Source: Escherichia coli
Lineage (GTDB): Bacteria; Pseudomonadota; Gammaproteobacteria; Enterobacterales; Enterobacteriaceae
NCBI RefSeq assembly: GCF_001677475.2
Contig: NZ_CP015229.1
Length of the DNA: 64,000 nucleotides
Reading direction: 5' to 3' (one strand)
Positions 24,602 to 35,821 of the stretch are shown here, one piece after another. How positions within the stretch are numbered: position 1 is the first letter of the stretch; each line of letters starts with the position of its first letter. The translations under genes and the position numbers were made by a program. The notes under the pieces were generated by a model. The model saw nothing but the letters and a program-made list of their open reading frames with translations. It was not told the origin of the DNA and searched no databases.

Positions 24602-24989
24602 GACTTACGCCCTTGCGCTTTAAACGGATAGCACCAACTAACATTAACGCCCAGCCCGCAAGGAAGCTCACGCCGCCAACCGGAGTGACAAACGCCCACA
24701 AACGCAGATGGGACAGTGCCAGGCAATAAAGGCTGCCGCTGAACAGCACCGTGCCTAACGCGAGGAAAACGCTACTCCAGTAAAACCAGATACTGATGCG
24801 ACGCTGCATTGCCACCGCCAGACCTAAGATCGCCAGCGTATGAAACGCCTGGTATTCGAGACCGGTCTGGATCCAGCCCATCTCAACGGCCCCCATGGTT
24901 TTACTTAACACATGCGCGCCAAAAGCGCCCAGTGCCACAAAAATGAAGCCGCTAATGGCGGCGAAAATCAGCATAAAACGGCTGGTCAT
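24594..24989 (-). CDS. ygdD: DUF423 inner-membrane protein, 131 aa
   Basis: ORF 24594..24989; four hydrophobic segments; 8-nt overlap with rlmM start. Confidence 0.85.
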   Translation of the reverse strand: MTSRFMLIFAAISGFIFVALGAFGAHVLSKTMGAVEMGWIQTGLEYQAFHTLAILGLAVAMQRRISIWFYWSSVFLALGTVLFSGSLYCLALSHLRLWAFVTPVGGVSFLAGWALMLVGAIRLKRKGVSHE

Positions 24990-25007
24990 GGTCGTACCCT
25001 ACGTAAA

Positions 25008-25925
25008 TTATTGTTCATAACGAAAGCGGAATTTTTCTTGTTCAGCAGCGGCTTTCGCCAGGATCCATTGACGAAAGGCGGCTATTTTACCCAGTTCTGC
25101 CTGGCTGTCATGACAAACCAGATAAAAAGCGTTTTTACTGACCAGAACATCATTAAACGGGCAAACAAGACGTCCGGCCTCGATTTCAGATTGCGCCATC
25201 ACGTTATTTGCCAGCGCCACTCCCTGCCCGTGGATAGCCGCTTGCAGCACCATGGCGCTATGGCTAAAAATTGGCCCTTGCTGAACGTTGATATGATTTA
25301 ACCCCAATTGGCGAGTATATGTCTGCCAGTCACGGCGTGACGCATCATGTAATAACGTATGTTTAGCCAGATCTTCCGGGGTCTTCAAGGGTTTTTCGCC
25401 AGTCAGCAGTAGCGGCGAACACACCGGCAATAAATATTCGGCGTACAGTTTTTCCACCCGTAGCCCCGGCCAGTTGCCCCGACCATAAAATATCGCCACA
25501 TCAACATCATCCGCCAGCTTATCTTCCTGACGATCAACCGCCTGGATTCGAACGTCAATTCCCGGATAAGCTGAATTAAAGCTGGAAAGTCGCGGAACCA
25601 ACCAATGAATGGCGAAACTGGGGAGTAAACTGACCGTCAACGCCCCCTTGGCGCTACGGGCCTGGAGTTTACGCGTCGCTTCGGTTAATTGCGAAAATAT
25701 CTCTTTGATATCGAGGAAATAGCTTTGACCTTCCTCGGTCAGCAGGAGTGAACGATTACGGCGGCGGAACAGTTTTAGCCCCAGAAAATCCTCAAGAGAC
25801 TTGATTTGATGACTTACTGCGGCCTGGGTCACAAAAAGCTCTTCTGCTGCGCGAGTGAAACTTAAATGGCGTGCTGCGGCATCAAAAACTCGTAAGGCAT
25901 TTAGCGGTGGTAATCGTTTAGACAT
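25008..25925 (-). CDS. gcvA: LysR-family glycine-cleavage transcriptional regulator, 305 aa
   Basis: ORF 25008..25925; LysR HTH (LSFTRAAEELFVTQAAVSHQI); divergent from gcvB. Confidence 0.93.
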   Translation of the reverse strand: MSKRLPPLNALRVFDAAARHLSFTRAAEELFVTQAAVSHQIKSLEDFLGLKLFRRRNRSLLLTEEGQSYFLDIKEIFSQLTEATRKLQARSAKGALTVSLLPSFAIHWLVPRLSSFNSAYPGIDVRIQAVDRQEDKLADDVDVAIFYGRGNWPGLRVEKLYAEYLLPVCSPLLLTGEKPLKTPEDLAKHTLLHDASRRDWQTYTRQLGLNHINVQQGPIFSHSAMVLQAAIHGQGVALANNVMAQSEIEAGRLVCPFNDVLVSKNAFYLVCHDSQAELGKIAAFRQWILAKAAAEQEKFRFRYEQ

Positions 25926-26053
25926 GGCTTTTAAACTTTGATGTTAAATGAATTTAACAATTAGATCACACTGTGTAACCTATTAGTTTTTTTAATCTGA
26001 GCCATTATAAATTGTCCGTTGAGCTTCTACCAGCAAATACCTATAGTGGCGGC

Positions 26054-26259
26054 ACTTCCTGAGCCGGAACGAAAAGTTTTATCGGAATGCGTGTTCTGGT
26101 GAACTTTTGGCTTACGGTTGTGATGTTGTGTTGTTGTGTTTGCAATTGGTCTGCGATTCAGACCATGGTAGCAAAGCTACCTTTTTTCACTTCCTGTACA
26201 TTTACCCTGTCTGTCCATAGTGATTAATGTAGCACCGCCTAATTGCGGTGCTTTTTTTT
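26054..26259 (+). ncRNA. gcvB: GcvB small RNA, about 206 nt
   Basis: ACTTCCTGAGCCGGAACGAAAAGTTTTATCGG 5' end, G/U-rich tgttgtgttgttgtgtttg region, terminal hairpin gcaccgcc-taatt-gcggtgc plus T8. Confidence 0.9.
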
Positions 26260-26275
26260 ACCTTGCGATCGCGAA

Positions 26276-26503
26276 TTACTGATCCAGTTCGACCATCTCT
26301 TTCACGTCGGTACGGTTGATCTGCTGTTTGTTGCCATTAGCGTCTTTATACGAAATCATACCGGTATCGTTATCAGTCTGTGGTTTGCCGTCAGAGACGA
26401 TGGTACGTCCGTCATTGGTGTGCATCACATAGTTCGAACCGGAACAGGCGCTCAGGGCAAAAGTCAGCATACAGGCAGAAATAATTGCGGCAGTCTTTTT
26501 CAT
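26276..26503 (-). CDS. ygdI: Small lipoprotein (DUF903), 75 aa
   Basis: ORF 26276..26506; lipobox LSAC; paralog of YgdR in this window. Confidence 0.88.
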   Translation of the reverse strand: MKKTAAIISACMLTFALSACSGSNYVMHTNDGRTIVSDGKPQTDNDTGMISYKDANGNKQQINRTDVKEMVELDQ

Positions 26504-26694
26504 CATCTTCTCCTTAAAGCGATTAATAAATCTTAATAGTATTGATTAACAGGCTAAAATTAACGCCTAACACTATTCAGCATATGTTACTGACGCGGCT
26601 TCGCCAGGATATCCAGATAATTCTGATGGTTAGCACCCTCCTTGTATCAAAGTGAATTTTGCGTCACGATCGGTGCATCAAGCCGAGGAGTACC

Positions 26695-27900
26695 ATGAAC
26701 GTTTTTAATCCCGCGCAGTTTCGCGCCCAGTTTCCCGCGCTACAGGATGCGGGCGTCTATCTCGACAGCGCCGCGACCGCGCTTAAACCTGAAGCCGTGG
26801 TTGAAGCCACCCGACAGTTTTATAGCCTGAGCGCCGGAAACGTCCATCGCAGCCAGTTTGCCGAAGCCCAACGCCTGACCGCGCGTTATGAAGCTGCGCG
26901 GGAAAAAGTGGCACAATTACTGAATGCATCAGATGACAAAAATATCGTCTGGACGCGCGGCACCACTGAATCCATCAACATGGTGGCACAATGCTATGCG
27001 CGTCCGCGTCTGCAACCGGGCGATGAGATTATTGTCAGCGTGGCAGAACACCACGCCAACCTCGTCCCCTGGCTGATGGTCGCCCAACAAACCGGAGCCA
27101 AAGTGGTGAAGTTGCCGCTTAATGCGCAGCGTCTGCCAGATGTCGATTTGTTACCAGAGCTGATTACTCCCCGTAGCCGGATTCTGGCGTTGGGCCAGAT
27201 GTCGAACGTCACTGGCGGCTGCCCGGATCTGGCGCGAGCGATTACCTTTGCCCATTCAGCCGGGATGGTGGTGATGGTTGATGGTGCTCAGGGGGCAGTG
27301 CATTTCCCCGCGGATGTTCAGCAACTGGATATTGATTTCTATGCTTTTTCAGGTCACAAACTGTATGGCCCGACAGGGATAGGCGTGCTGTATGGCAAAT
27401 CAGAACTGCTGGAAGCGATGTCGCCCTGGCTGGGCGGCGGCAAAATGGTTCACGAAGTGAGTTTTGACGGCTTCACTACTCAATCTGCGCCGTGGAAACT
27501 GGAAGCTGGAACGCCAAATGTCGCTGGTGTCATAGGATTAAGCGCGGCGCTGGAATGGCTGGCAGATTACGATATCAACCAGGCCGAAAGCTGGAGCCGT
27601 AGCTTAGCAACGCTGGCGGAAGATGCGCTGGCGAAACGTCCCGGCTTTCGTTCATTCCGCTGCCAGGATTCCAGCCTGCTGGCCTTTGATTTTGCTGGCG
27701 TTCATCACAGCGATATGGTGACGCTGCTGGCGGAGTACGGTATTGCCCTGCGGGCCGGGCAGCATTGCGCTCAGCCGCTACTGGCAGAATTAGGCGTAAC
27801 CGGCACACTGCGCGCCTCTTTTGCGCCATATAATACAAAGAGTGATGTGGATGCGCTGGTGAATGCCGTTGACCGCGCGCTGGAATTATTGGTGGATTAA
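26695..27900 (+). CDS. csdA: Cysteine sulfinate desulfinase / cysteine desulfurase (class V aminotransferase), 401 aa
   Basis: ORF 26659..27900 (TTG); start set at ATG 26695 after gaggag RBS; PLP-binding SGHK motif. Confidence 0.92.
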   Translation: MNVFNPAQFRAQFPALQDAGVYLDSAATALKPEAVVEATRQFYSLSAGNVHRSQFAEAQRLTARYEAAREKVAQLLNASDDKNIVWTRGTTESINMVAQCYARPRLQPGDEIIVSVAEHHANLVPWLMVAQQTGAKVVKLPLNAQRLPDVDLLPELITPRSRILALGQMSNVTGGCPDLARAITFAHSAGMVVMVDGAQGAVHFPADVQQLDIDFYAFSGHKLYGPTGIGVLYGKSELLEAMSPWLGGGKMVHEVSFDGFTTQSAPWKLEAGTPNVAGVIGLSAALEWLADYDINQAESWSRSLATLAEDALAKRPGFRSFRCQDSSLLAFDFAGVHHSDMVTLLAEYGIALRAGQHCAQPLLAELGVTGTLRASFAPYNTKSDVDALVNAVDRALELLVD

Positions 27901-28343
27901 TGACGAACCCGCAATTCGCCGGACATCCGTTCGGCACAACCGTAACCGCAGAAACGTTACGCAATACCTTCGCACCGTTGACGCAATGGGAAGATAAATA
28001 TCGCCAGTTGATCATGCTGGGGAAACAGCTTCCGGCTTTGCCAGACGAGTTAAAAGCGCAGGCTAAAGAGATTGCCGGATGCGAAAACCGCGTCTGGCTG
28101 GGATATACCGTGGCTGAAAACGGTAAAATGCACTTCTTTGGCGACAGCGAAGGGCGCATTGTGCGCGGCCTGCTGGCGGTGTTGTTGACTGCCGTTGAGG
28201 GGAAAACCGCCACCGAGTTGCAGGCACAGTCACCGCTGGCATTGTTTGATGAGCTGGGATTACGTGCGCAACTTAGCGCCTCACGCAGCCAGGGGTTGAA
28301 TGCGTTAAGCGAGGCGATTATCGCTGCGGCGAAGCAGGTTTAA
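27900..28343 (+). CDS. csdE: Sulfur acceptor protein CsdE (SufE-like), 147 aa
   Basis: ORF 27900..28343; ATGA overlap with csdA stop. Confidence 0.92.
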   Translation: MTNPQFAGHPFGTTVTAETLRNTFAPLTQWEDKYRQLIMLGKQLPALPDELKAQAKEIAGCENRVWLGYTVAENGKMHFFGDSEGRIVRGLLAVLLTAVEGKTATELQAQSPLALFDELGLRAQLSASRSQGLNALSEAIIAAAKQV

Positions 28344-28351
28344 GCACAGAA

Positions 28352-28388
28352 CCGGGTCGGATAAGACGTTTGCGTCGCATCCGACCTG
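28352..28388. repeat. REP-like palindromic unit between csdE and tcdA
   Basis: ggtcggataagacgtttgcgtcgcatccgacc. Confidence 0.6.
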
Positions 28389-28393
28389 ATTGT

Positions 28394-29200
28394 TTACCCC
28401 TGACGCGCCGCTTTCGCCATCATCTTCTTCAGCGCATGAGAAACCGCAACAAAACCAAAGGTGGCGGTCACCATCGTCGCGGCACCAAAGCCAGATGCAC
28501 AATCCATCCGCTTTGGCCCTTCTGCCGTGGCTTTCATCGCACACACCGTACCGTCTGACTGCGGATACACCAATGCTTCGGTAGAGAACACGCAATCCAC
28601 ACCGAGCTTACCTTTACTGTTTTTCACTACGCCAAAATCGCTTTTCAGGCGCTCGCGCAACTTCGCCGCCAACGGGTCCTGAATCGTTTTCGCCAGATCG
28701 GTAACCTGAATCTGCGTCGGGTCAATCTGCCCACCAGCGCCACCAGTCGTGACCAGCGGGATTTTATTGCGCCGACAATAAGCAATCAGCGCCGCTTTGG
28801 GCCGTACACTATCAATAGCATCAATCACGTACGAATAACCGGCATTCATATATTGCGCTACGTTATCCGGCGTCACGAAGTCATCCACCACCGTTACACG
28901 GCACTCCGGGTTAATCTGGCGAATACGCTCCGCCATTACTTCCGCTTTTGCCAGCCCGACGTTATCGCGCAGAGCGTGAATTTGCCGATTGGTATTGGTG
29001 ACGCACACATCATCCATATCGATAAGCGTGATTGCGCCAATCCCCGTGCGCGCTAGCGCTTCCGCCGCCCAGGAACCGACACCGCCAATACCCACCACAC
29101 AAATATGCGCGTCAGCAAACAGTTGCAATGCTTTTTCACCATACAGACGCGCTGTGCCACCAAAACGCTGACGCCATGCATCACTAATTACCACAGACAT
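28394..29200 (-). CDS. tcdA: tRNA threonylcarbamoyladenosine dehydratase (ThiF/MoeB E1-like), 268 aa
   Basis: ORF 28394..29200; GxGxxG nucleotide-binding motif (VVGIGGVGSWAAEALAR). Confidence 0.9.
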   Translation of the reverse strand: MSVVISDAWRQRFGGTARLYGEKALQLFADAHICVVGIGGVGSWAAEALARTGIGAITLIDMDDVCVTNTNRQIHALRDNVGLAKAEVMAERIRQINPECRVTVVDDFVTPDNVAQYMNAGYSYVIDAIDSVRPKAALIAYCRRNKIPLVTTGGAGGQIDPTQIQVTDLAKTIQDPLAAKLRERLKSDFGVVKNSKGKLGVDCVFSTEALVYPQSDGTVCAMKATAEGPKRMDCASGFGAATMVTATFGFVAVSHALKKMMAKAARQG

Positions 29201-29253
29201 AGCACCTCAGAATTAAAAAGGGCGAGGTTATCCCTCACCCTAAACGCATAAAT

Positions 29254-29360
29254 GCCTGATGCGCTACGCTTATCAGGCCTACATAACTCCTGCAATATTT
29301 TGGATTTGCATGAGTTGTAGGCCGGATAAGGCGTTCACGCCGCATCCGGCATGAACCACG
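29254..29360. repeat. BIME: two REP units in opposite orientation
   Basis: gcctgatgcgctacgcttatcaggcctac (29254..29282) and gtaggccggataaggcgttcacgccgcatccggca (29326..29360). Confidence 0.8.
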
Positions 29361-29438
29361 CGCACTTAGTCAATAATCAGGATGAGAGGTTATCCCTCAC
29401 CCTGTCGTATCCGTCAAAACGGTATACAGAATATCACA

Positions 29439-30536
29439 TCAGCCGCTAAAGACGTTACCTGCGCCCGGGGCGGTTTTCAGCACCCAGACACGTCCATAGT
29501 GGTTGTACCAACCTGCGCGGTGTCCGGCTTCCGGCCCGATCCCTTGATAGATATCGAAGTGTTGGCCTTTGATTGCGCCACCGACATCCAGCGCCACCAT
29601 CAGACGCAATTCGTACTGACCGTTAAATTTGCCGTTATTATCCAGCAGCGGCACTTCTGCCAGCAAGGTAGTACCTGGCGGAATAATTGAACGATCAGAG
29701 GCAACAGAAGCACGGCCAACCAGCGGCACCGCACTTGCCCCTTTCACCGGTGCAAAAGATTGCGGTTTAAAGAAGACGAAAGACGGGTTCTGTTCAAGCA
29801 GCTCGCGAACCTCGGCTTCACTGTGTGTTTCGCCCCAGTGACGAATCGCCTGCATCGACATATCTTCTTTTTTCACTTCGCCACGGTCGATCAGCACCTT
29901 ACCAATGCTGCGATAGGCATGACCGTTTTTCCCTGCATAGCTGAAAAAGTTAAGCGGACTGCCATCACCAAAGTCGATATACCCGCTACCCTGCACATCC
30001 ATAATGAAGTTATCCATCAGGGAGTTACTGTAAGCGAGAATATATTTATCACTCAGCGCTCCTGCGTAGATCTCCGCACGAGACGGCAGACGACCACGTT
30101 TTTGCGGCATACGGTAAATCGGATACTGGAACTCGCCCTGGCGGGTATGGCGTGCCTGAATTACCGGCGTGTAATAGCCTGTAAACTGCACGTTACCATA
30201 GTTGTCGGCACCTTCCATCTGCCAGGCATCAATGCCGAACTGGCGCATATTGCGGGTATCACCGCCTGCGCGCAGCCACTCTTGCACCGCGTTATAAACA
30301 TTACTCTGGTTGCCATACAGACGCGGTGACGAATTACGGATATGGTTAATTTGCTCGGCAAAATCACCGGCGTTAATCGGCGCGCCAACGGCATCTGGCT
30401 GGTTCACCAGAGAGAAAGGCTGGGTAAATTTCCCGTCTTTATATTGCTGTCCGCGATCGGTTGGTTTGGAAGAGCAGGCGGCAAGCATTGCCACAACCGT
30501 GCCCATAAGAAGGTACTTTACCCAACGTCCTTTCAT
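29439..30536 (-). CDS. mltA: Membrane-bound lytic murein transglycosylase A (lipoprotein), 365 aa
   Basis: Track ORF 29439..30818 is over-extended through the tRNA genes; true start at Met 30536 (MKGRWVKYLLMGTVVAMLAACSS lipobox). Confidence 0.92.
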   Translation of the reverse strand: MKGRWVKYLLMGTVVAMLAACSSKPTDRGQQYKDGKFTQPFSLVNQPDAVGAPINAGDFAEQINHIRNSSPRLYGNQSNVYNAVQEWLRAGGDTRNMRQFGIDAWQMEGADNYGNVQFTGYYTPVIQARHTRQGEFQYPIYRMPQKRGRLPSRAEIYAGALSDKYILAYSNSLMDNFIMDVQGSGYIDFGDGSPLNFFSYAGKNGHAYRSIGKVLIDRGEVKKEDMSMQAIRHWGETHSEAEVRELLEQNPSFVFFKPQSFAPVKGASAVPLVGRASVASDRSIIPPGTTLLAEVPLLDNNGKFNGQYELRLMVALDVGGAIKGQHFDIYQGIGPEAGHRAGWYNHYGRVWVLKTAPGAGNVFSG

Positions 30537-30703
30537 TGTTCTCTTCTTCAGGTTAAAAAATAAGGCGCAACGAAGATAACAAACCGCCGCGTTTAATGAA
30601 ATGAGCAGCCTCTCCCTGACGCAAATTTTGCACAAAAAATAGGCTTTAGTGATTTGTTTTTGTTCAAAATCATGCCAAATCCGTGATCGGGGTAAAAAAA
30701 AGG

Positions 30704-30731
30704 TTGCATGAAAACGCGAGCGGAGTATAGT
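30704..30731 (+). promoter_or_regulatory. Putative sigma70 promoter of the tRNA-fMet operon
   Basis: TTGCAT -N16- TATAGT, 13 nt upstream of first tRNA 5' end. Confidence 0.6.
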
Positions 30732-30744
30732 GCGCATCCACGGA

Positions 30745-30821
<77 letters not shown>

Positions 30822-30854
30822 ATTAAAATTTGATGAAGTAAAGCAGTACGGTGA

Positions 30855-30931
<77 letters not shown>

Positions 30932-30965
30932 ATCAAAATTTGATGAAGTAAAAGCAGTACGGTGA

Positions 30966-31042
<77 letters not shown>

Positions 31043-31050
31043 ATTATTGA

Positions 31051-31073
31051 ACACCCTGACGGGTGTTTTTTTG
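31051..31073 (+). terminator. Rho-independent terminator of the tRNA-fMet operon
   Basis: acaccc-tgac-gggtgt followed by ttttttt. Confidence 0.8.
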
Positions 31074-31116
31074 TTTCTGCTCTCCCATAAAAAAGGCGCC
31101 ATTCAGCGCCTTTTTA

Positions 31117-32370
31117 TCATCCCCTTCTCGCCAGCGTCGCCCCATCGGCAAAATACGCTTTAATCCCCGCAAGAATAGACTCCGCAACTTCCTGCTGGAA
31201 AGTCGCCGTTTTCAGTTTACGCTCTTCCTCAACGTTACTGATAAACGCCGTTTCGACCAGAATGGAGGGAATATCTGGTGCCTTTAGTACGGCAAACCCG
31301 GCCTGTTCAACCTGATTTTTATGCAGCTTGTTGATTTTACCGAGCTTATTCAGCACCGCTTTACCAAACTTAAGGCTGTCGGCAATGGTCAGCGACTGCA
31401 CCATATCGAACATGGTGTGGTCGACATAGCGGTCACCGCTTTTGCTCACGCCACCAATCAAGTCCGAGGCGTTCTGGGTCTGTGCCAGATATTTTGCCGC
31501 AGTACTGGTTGCGCCTTTGGTTGAGAGCGCAAACACTGAGGAACCGCTCGGCTGGCGACTGGTAAAGGCGTCTGCATGGATAGAGACAAACAGGTCGGCA
31601 CGCTGTTTCTGGGCTTTTGCTACGCGCACTTGCAACGGAATGAAGATGTCTTCATTGCGCGTCATGTACACCTTCATATTGCCCTCTTTCTCGATCAGAG
31701 AGCGCAAACGGCGAGCTATTTGCAATACCACGTCTTTTTCGCGCGTTTTGTATTTCCCCACCGCACCGGAGTCTTCGCCGCCGTGGCCAGGGTCAAGCAT
31801 AATAACAATCGGACGATCGCGCCCTGCTTTACCCGGTTGTGGACCACTTTGTGCTGGCGGCACCTGCTTTTCGAGGTCGCCTTTGTTGTAATCCTCCAGC
31901 AGCGCCAGCAGCGGGTCCTGCATATCCTGTGCATTGGCCGGATAGAGGTCCATCACCAGACGCTCTTTAAACCCGGCGACCGGCGCAAGGGCAAACAGCT
32001 GCGGTTTTACGTTTTGCTTTAATTCAAAAACCATGCGTACGGTCTGCGGGTCAAATTGCCCGACGCGCGCCGACTTGATGAACGGGTCGTCTGCACGAAT
32101 TTGTGCCGCCATCCCCTTGAGTACCGAGTTCAGGTTTACATCTTCGATATCCACCACCACGCGTTCCGGGTTACTCAACGCGAACTGCTTATATTTCAGC
32201 TGACGATTTGATTCTACCGTCACGCGGGTGTAGCTGGACGCAGGCCAGACGCGCACCGCCACGACCTGGCTAACCGCAGCCAGGCTGACCTGACTTACGC
32301 TCAATAGCCACATGGCACCCGCGCCTTGCAGTAAACGACGACGGCTGATTGCAGTGTTGGATCCTGACAT
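31117..32370 (-). CDS. amiC: N-acetylmuramoyl-L-alanine amidase AmiC (Tat-exported), 417 aa
   Basis: ORF 31117..32460; start at Met 32370 giving Tat signal [15 protein letters not shown]; amidase_3 domain. Confidence 0.92.
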
Positions 32371-32552
32371 GCCTCTCCCGAGCAAAAGAAATCTAAGCTG
32401 TGTAACAAGTAAACGACTAATTTGACCGGAAACTTTAGCGAAAGACGCATAATCTGTCATCTAATAAACGGTAAACATTCTTTTTATATTCACGGCATTA
32501 CTGATAAAAAAGTCGCTCTCGCATAAAATTTACACTTGCACCCTGCGAAAAA

Positions 32553-32588
32553 ACAGAATAAAAATACACTAATTTCGAATAATCATGC
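32553..32588. promoter_or_regulatory. Tandem ARG boxes (ArgR operator) at the argA promoter
   Basis: acagaataaaaatacact + aatttcgaataatcatgc, each close to the TGAAT-w4-ATTCA consensus, just upstream of the argA RBS. Confidence 0.7.
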
Positions 32589-32601
32589 AAAGAGGTGTGC
32601 C

Positions 32602-33933
32602 GTGGTAAAGGAACGTAAAACCGAACTGGTCGAGGGATTCCGCCATTCGGTTCCCTATATCAATACCCACCGGGGAAAAACGTTTGTCATCATGCTCGGC
32701 GGTGAAGCCATTGAGCATGAGAATTTCTCCAGTATCGTTAATGATATCGGGTTGCTGCACAGCCTCGGCATCCGTCTGGTGGTGGTCTATGGCGCACGTC
32801 CGCAGATCGACGCAAATCTGGCCGCGCATCACCACGAACCGCTGTATCACAAGAATATACGTGTGACCGACGCCAAAACACTGGAACTGGTGAAGCAGGC
32901 TGCGGGAACATTGCAACTGGATATTACTGCTCGCCTGTCGATGAGTCTCAATAACACGCCGCTGCAGGGCGCGCATATCAACGTCGTCAGTGGCAATTTT
33001 ATTATTGCCCAGCCGCTGGGCGTCGATGACGGCGTGGATTACTGCCATAGCGGGCGTATCCGGCGGATTGATGAAGACGCGATCCATCGTCAACTGGACA
33101 ACGGTGCAATAGTGCTAATGGGGCCGGTCGCTGTTTCAGTCACTGGCGAGAGCTTTAATCTGACCTCGGAAGAGATTGCCACTCAACTGGCCATCAAACT
33201 GAAAGCTGAAAAGATGATTGGTTTTTGCTCTTCCCAGGGCGTCACTAATGACGACGGTGATATTGTCTCCGAACTTTTCCCTAACGAAGCGCAAGCACGG
33301 GTAGAAGCCCAGGAAGAGAAAGGCGATTACAACTCCGGTACGGTGCGCTTTTTGCGTGGCGCAGTGAAAGCCTGCCGCAGCGGCGTGCGTCGCTGTCATT
33401 TAATCAGTTATCAGGAAGATGGCTCGCTGTTGCAAGAGTTGTTCTCACGCGACGGTATCGGTACGCAGATTGTGATGGAAAGCGCCGAGCAGATTCGTCG
33501 CGCAACAATCAACGATATTGGCGGTATTCTGGAGTTGATTCGCCCGCTGGAGCAGCAAGGTATTCTGGTGCGCCGTTCTCGCGAGCAGCTGGAGATGGAA
33601 ATCGACAAATTCACCATTATTCAGCGCGATAACACGACTATTGCCTGCGCCGCGCTCTATCCGTTCCCGGAAGAGAAGATTGGGGAAATGGCCTGTGTGG
33701 CAGTTCACCCGGATTACCGCAGTTCATCACGGGGCGAGGTTCTGCTGGAACGCATTGCCGCTCAGGCGAAGCAGAGCGGCTTAAGCAAATTATTTGTGCT
33801 GACCACGCGCAGTATTCACTGGTTCCAGGAACGTGGATTTACCCCAGTGGATATTGATTTACTGCCCGAGAGCAAAAAGCAGTTGTACAACTACCAGCGT
33901 AAATCCAAAGTGTTGATGGCGGATTTGGGGTAA
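32602..33933 (+). CDS. argA: N-acetylglutamate synthase, 443 aa; GTG start
   Basis: ORF 32536..33933; start at GTG 32602 after agagg RBS giving [13 protein letters not shown]; kinase-like + GNAT domains. Confidence 0.92.
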   Translation: MVKERKTELVEGFRHSVPYINTHRGKTFVIMLGGEAIEHENFSSIVNDIGLLHSLGIRLVVVYGARPQIDANLAAHHHEPLYHKNIRVTDAKTLELVKQAAGTLQLDITARLSMSLNNTPLQGAHINVVSGNFIIAQPLGVDDGVDYCHSGRIRRIDEDAIHRQLDNGAIVLMGPVAVSVTGESFNLTSEEIATQLAIKLKAEKMIGFCSSQGVTNDDGDIVSELFPNEAQARVEAQEEKGDYNSGTVRFLRGAVKACRSGVRRCHLISYQEDGSLLQELFSRDGIGTQIVMESAEQIRRATINDIGGILELIRPLEQQGILVRRSREQLEMEIDKFTIIQRDNTTIACAALYPFPEEKIGEMACVAVHPDYRSSSRGEVLLERIAAQAKQSGLSKLFVLTTRSIHWFQERGFTPVDIDLLPESKKQLYNYQRKSKVLMADLG

Positions 33934-33945
33934 GCGATGAAAATC

Positions 33946-33986
33946 GCCGGATGCGACATGCGTAACACTCGTGCGTCGCATCCGGC
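33946..33986. repeat. REP unit between convergent argA and recD
   Basis: gccggatgcgacatgcgtaacactcgtgcgtcgcatccggc. Confidence 0.7.
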
Positions 33987-33994
33987 AATTACGT

Positions 33995-35821
33995 TTATCC
34001 CCGTGAACTAAACAACGCCGCCAGACCGCTGCGCCGCTCGGTGCGCGTGGCAATTGCCGCACTTAAAATGCGCTCATCGGCATACAGCGACAGACGGCGA
34101 CGCGCGCGGGTCACCGCAGTGTAAACCAGCTCTCGTGTTACTACTGGCGTGCGTTGGCTCGGTAAAATCAACGCCGCATGGTCGAACTCCGATCCCTGCG
34201 ATTTATGTACCGTCATCGCCCACGTAGTTTCGTGCTCTGGCAAGCGACTCGGTTGCACAGACTTAATATTGCCGTCCGGCATCGCAAACCAGACGCGCGT
34301 CCCCTGCCCGCGATCCAGCGCAATACCGATATCGCCATTAAACAACCCAAGCGCGCTGTCATTACGGGCAATCATCACCGGTCGGCCTTCGTACCAACGA
34401 GAGTGCAGATGACGATGAATTTTGCGCTTCTGTTGCATAAACTGCTCAATTCGCTCATTCAGTCCAGCCACGCCAAACGGCCCTTCCCGCAGGGCGCACA
34501 AAAGCTGGTACTCATTGAACGCCTGAATGATTAAATCCGGCTCGGCACGCGCTTGCAGCAGATCCAGATAACGTCCATAACCCGCAAGAGCTTCCTCAAG
34601 CATCGCAATATAATCTTCGCCGCTCTGTAAAAGCCGTTTTTCGATATCAGTAAAATCCTGCTGAAAAACGGTTTTCACTGCCGTTTTATCACCACGGTTG
34701 ATCGCCGCAGCTAACTGACCAATGCCAGAATCGCTGCCGAAACGATAGCTTTTTTGCAGCAGGCAGAGACTGTCGCGCAAAGATGCCGCTTCTGTGCCAG
34801 TTCCTGCCGGAACGTGAGTTCCCGTCAGGCGGCTTAGCTGCCCGGCACGCTCGGCGGTAAAGCCGGCATTGGCATAAGCGCAGATATCGCCCAGCACAGC
34901 CCCAGCCTCAACCGAGGCCAGTTGATCACGATCGCCGAGAAAGATCACTCGCGCATGATCGGGCAAGGCGTCGATCAGTCTCGACATCATAGGCAGATCG
35001 ATCATTGACGCTTCATCTACCACCAGCACATCAAGATGCAGCGGGTTACCGGCATGATGACGTAAACGCTGGCTACCCGGCTGCGCACCCAGCAATCGGT
35101 GCAAAGTGCTGGCATCTTCCGGAATGCGTTTCTTTTGTTCATCGGTCAGCGGTAACTGGCGCAAAGCCTTGCCGAGAGATTCGGTTAAGCGCGCGGCAGC
35201 TTTACCCGTTGGTGCAGCCAGACGGATACGGCAGCGTTCGCCGTCTGCCATTTGAATTAACGCTGCCAGCAACTTCGCTACGGTGGTCGTTTTACCGGTG
35301 CCAGGGCCGCCGGAAATCACCGAGATCCGCCGCGTCAGCGCCACTGCCGCCGCAACTTTTTGCCAGTTAATTTCATCGCTTACTGGAAAAAGTTTGTCCA
35401 GGGTTTGCGCCAGTAGAGCTTCATCAACCTCAATGGCATGATTCACTTCGTTGAAAAAGCGTGCCACTGTGCGCTCGTTACACCACATGCGATTCAAATA
35501 AAGACGATCACCACAGAGGATCATCGGCGTTGGTTCATCTCCCCGGCTGACCGCTTGTGAAGCCAGCAAGCATTCTTCCCAATTTTGTAGCTCACCGATT
35601 TCACTGACGCAGGTTGCTAACAGCGGATGTGACTCCTCGTTATTTTCCAGTCGTGAGAGCGGTAAACAGACATGCCCTTCCCCGGCGTCGTGGCTTAACA
35701 GGGCTGCCGCGAGGGTGACGGCAGGATGTTCATCTCCCGCCACGGTCAGGGCAAATTGCACATCCAGCGGGCGTAGCTGTTTGTGCTCCACAGCTTCCAG
35801 TAATTGCTTTTGCAATTTCAT
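33995..35821 (-). CDS. recD: Exodeoxyribonuclease V alpha subunit, 608 aa
   Basis: ORF 33995..35821; Walker [11 protein letters not shown]; SF1 helicase. Confidence 0.94.
   Translation of the reverse strand: MKLQKQLLEAVEHKQLRPLDVQFALTVAGDEHPAVTLAAALLSHDAGEGHVCLPLSRLENNEESHPLLATCVSEIGELQNWEECLLASQAVSRGDEPTPMILCGDRLYLNRMWCNERTVARFFNEVNHAIEVDEALLAQTLDKLFPVSDEINWQKVAAAVALTRRISVISGGPGTGKTTTVAKLLAALIQMADGERCRIRLAAPTGKAAARLTESLGKALRQLPLTDEQKKRIPEDASTLHRLLGAQPGSQRLRHHAGNPLHLDVLVVDEASMIDLPMMSRLIDALPDHARVIFLGDRDQLASVEAGAVLGDICAYANAGFTAERAGQLSRLTGTHVPAGTGTEAASLRDSLCLLQKSYRFGSDSGIGQLAAAINRGDKTAVKTVFQQDFTDIEKRLLQSGEDYIAMLEEALAGYGRYLDLLQARAEPDLIIQAFNEYQLLCALREGPFGVAGLNERIEQFMQQKRKIHRHLHSRWYEGRPVMIARNDSALGLFNGDIGIALDRGQGTRVWFAMPDGNIKSVQPSRLPEHETTWAMTVHKSQGSEFDHAALILPSQRTPVVTRELVYTAVTRARRRLSLYADERILSAAIATRTERRSGLAALFSSRG

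Noticed and set aside
27575-28213. 212-aa minus-strand ORF overlapping csdA and csdE
   Set aside because: Antisense shadow ORF; Pro/Arg/Ala-rich, no RBS.
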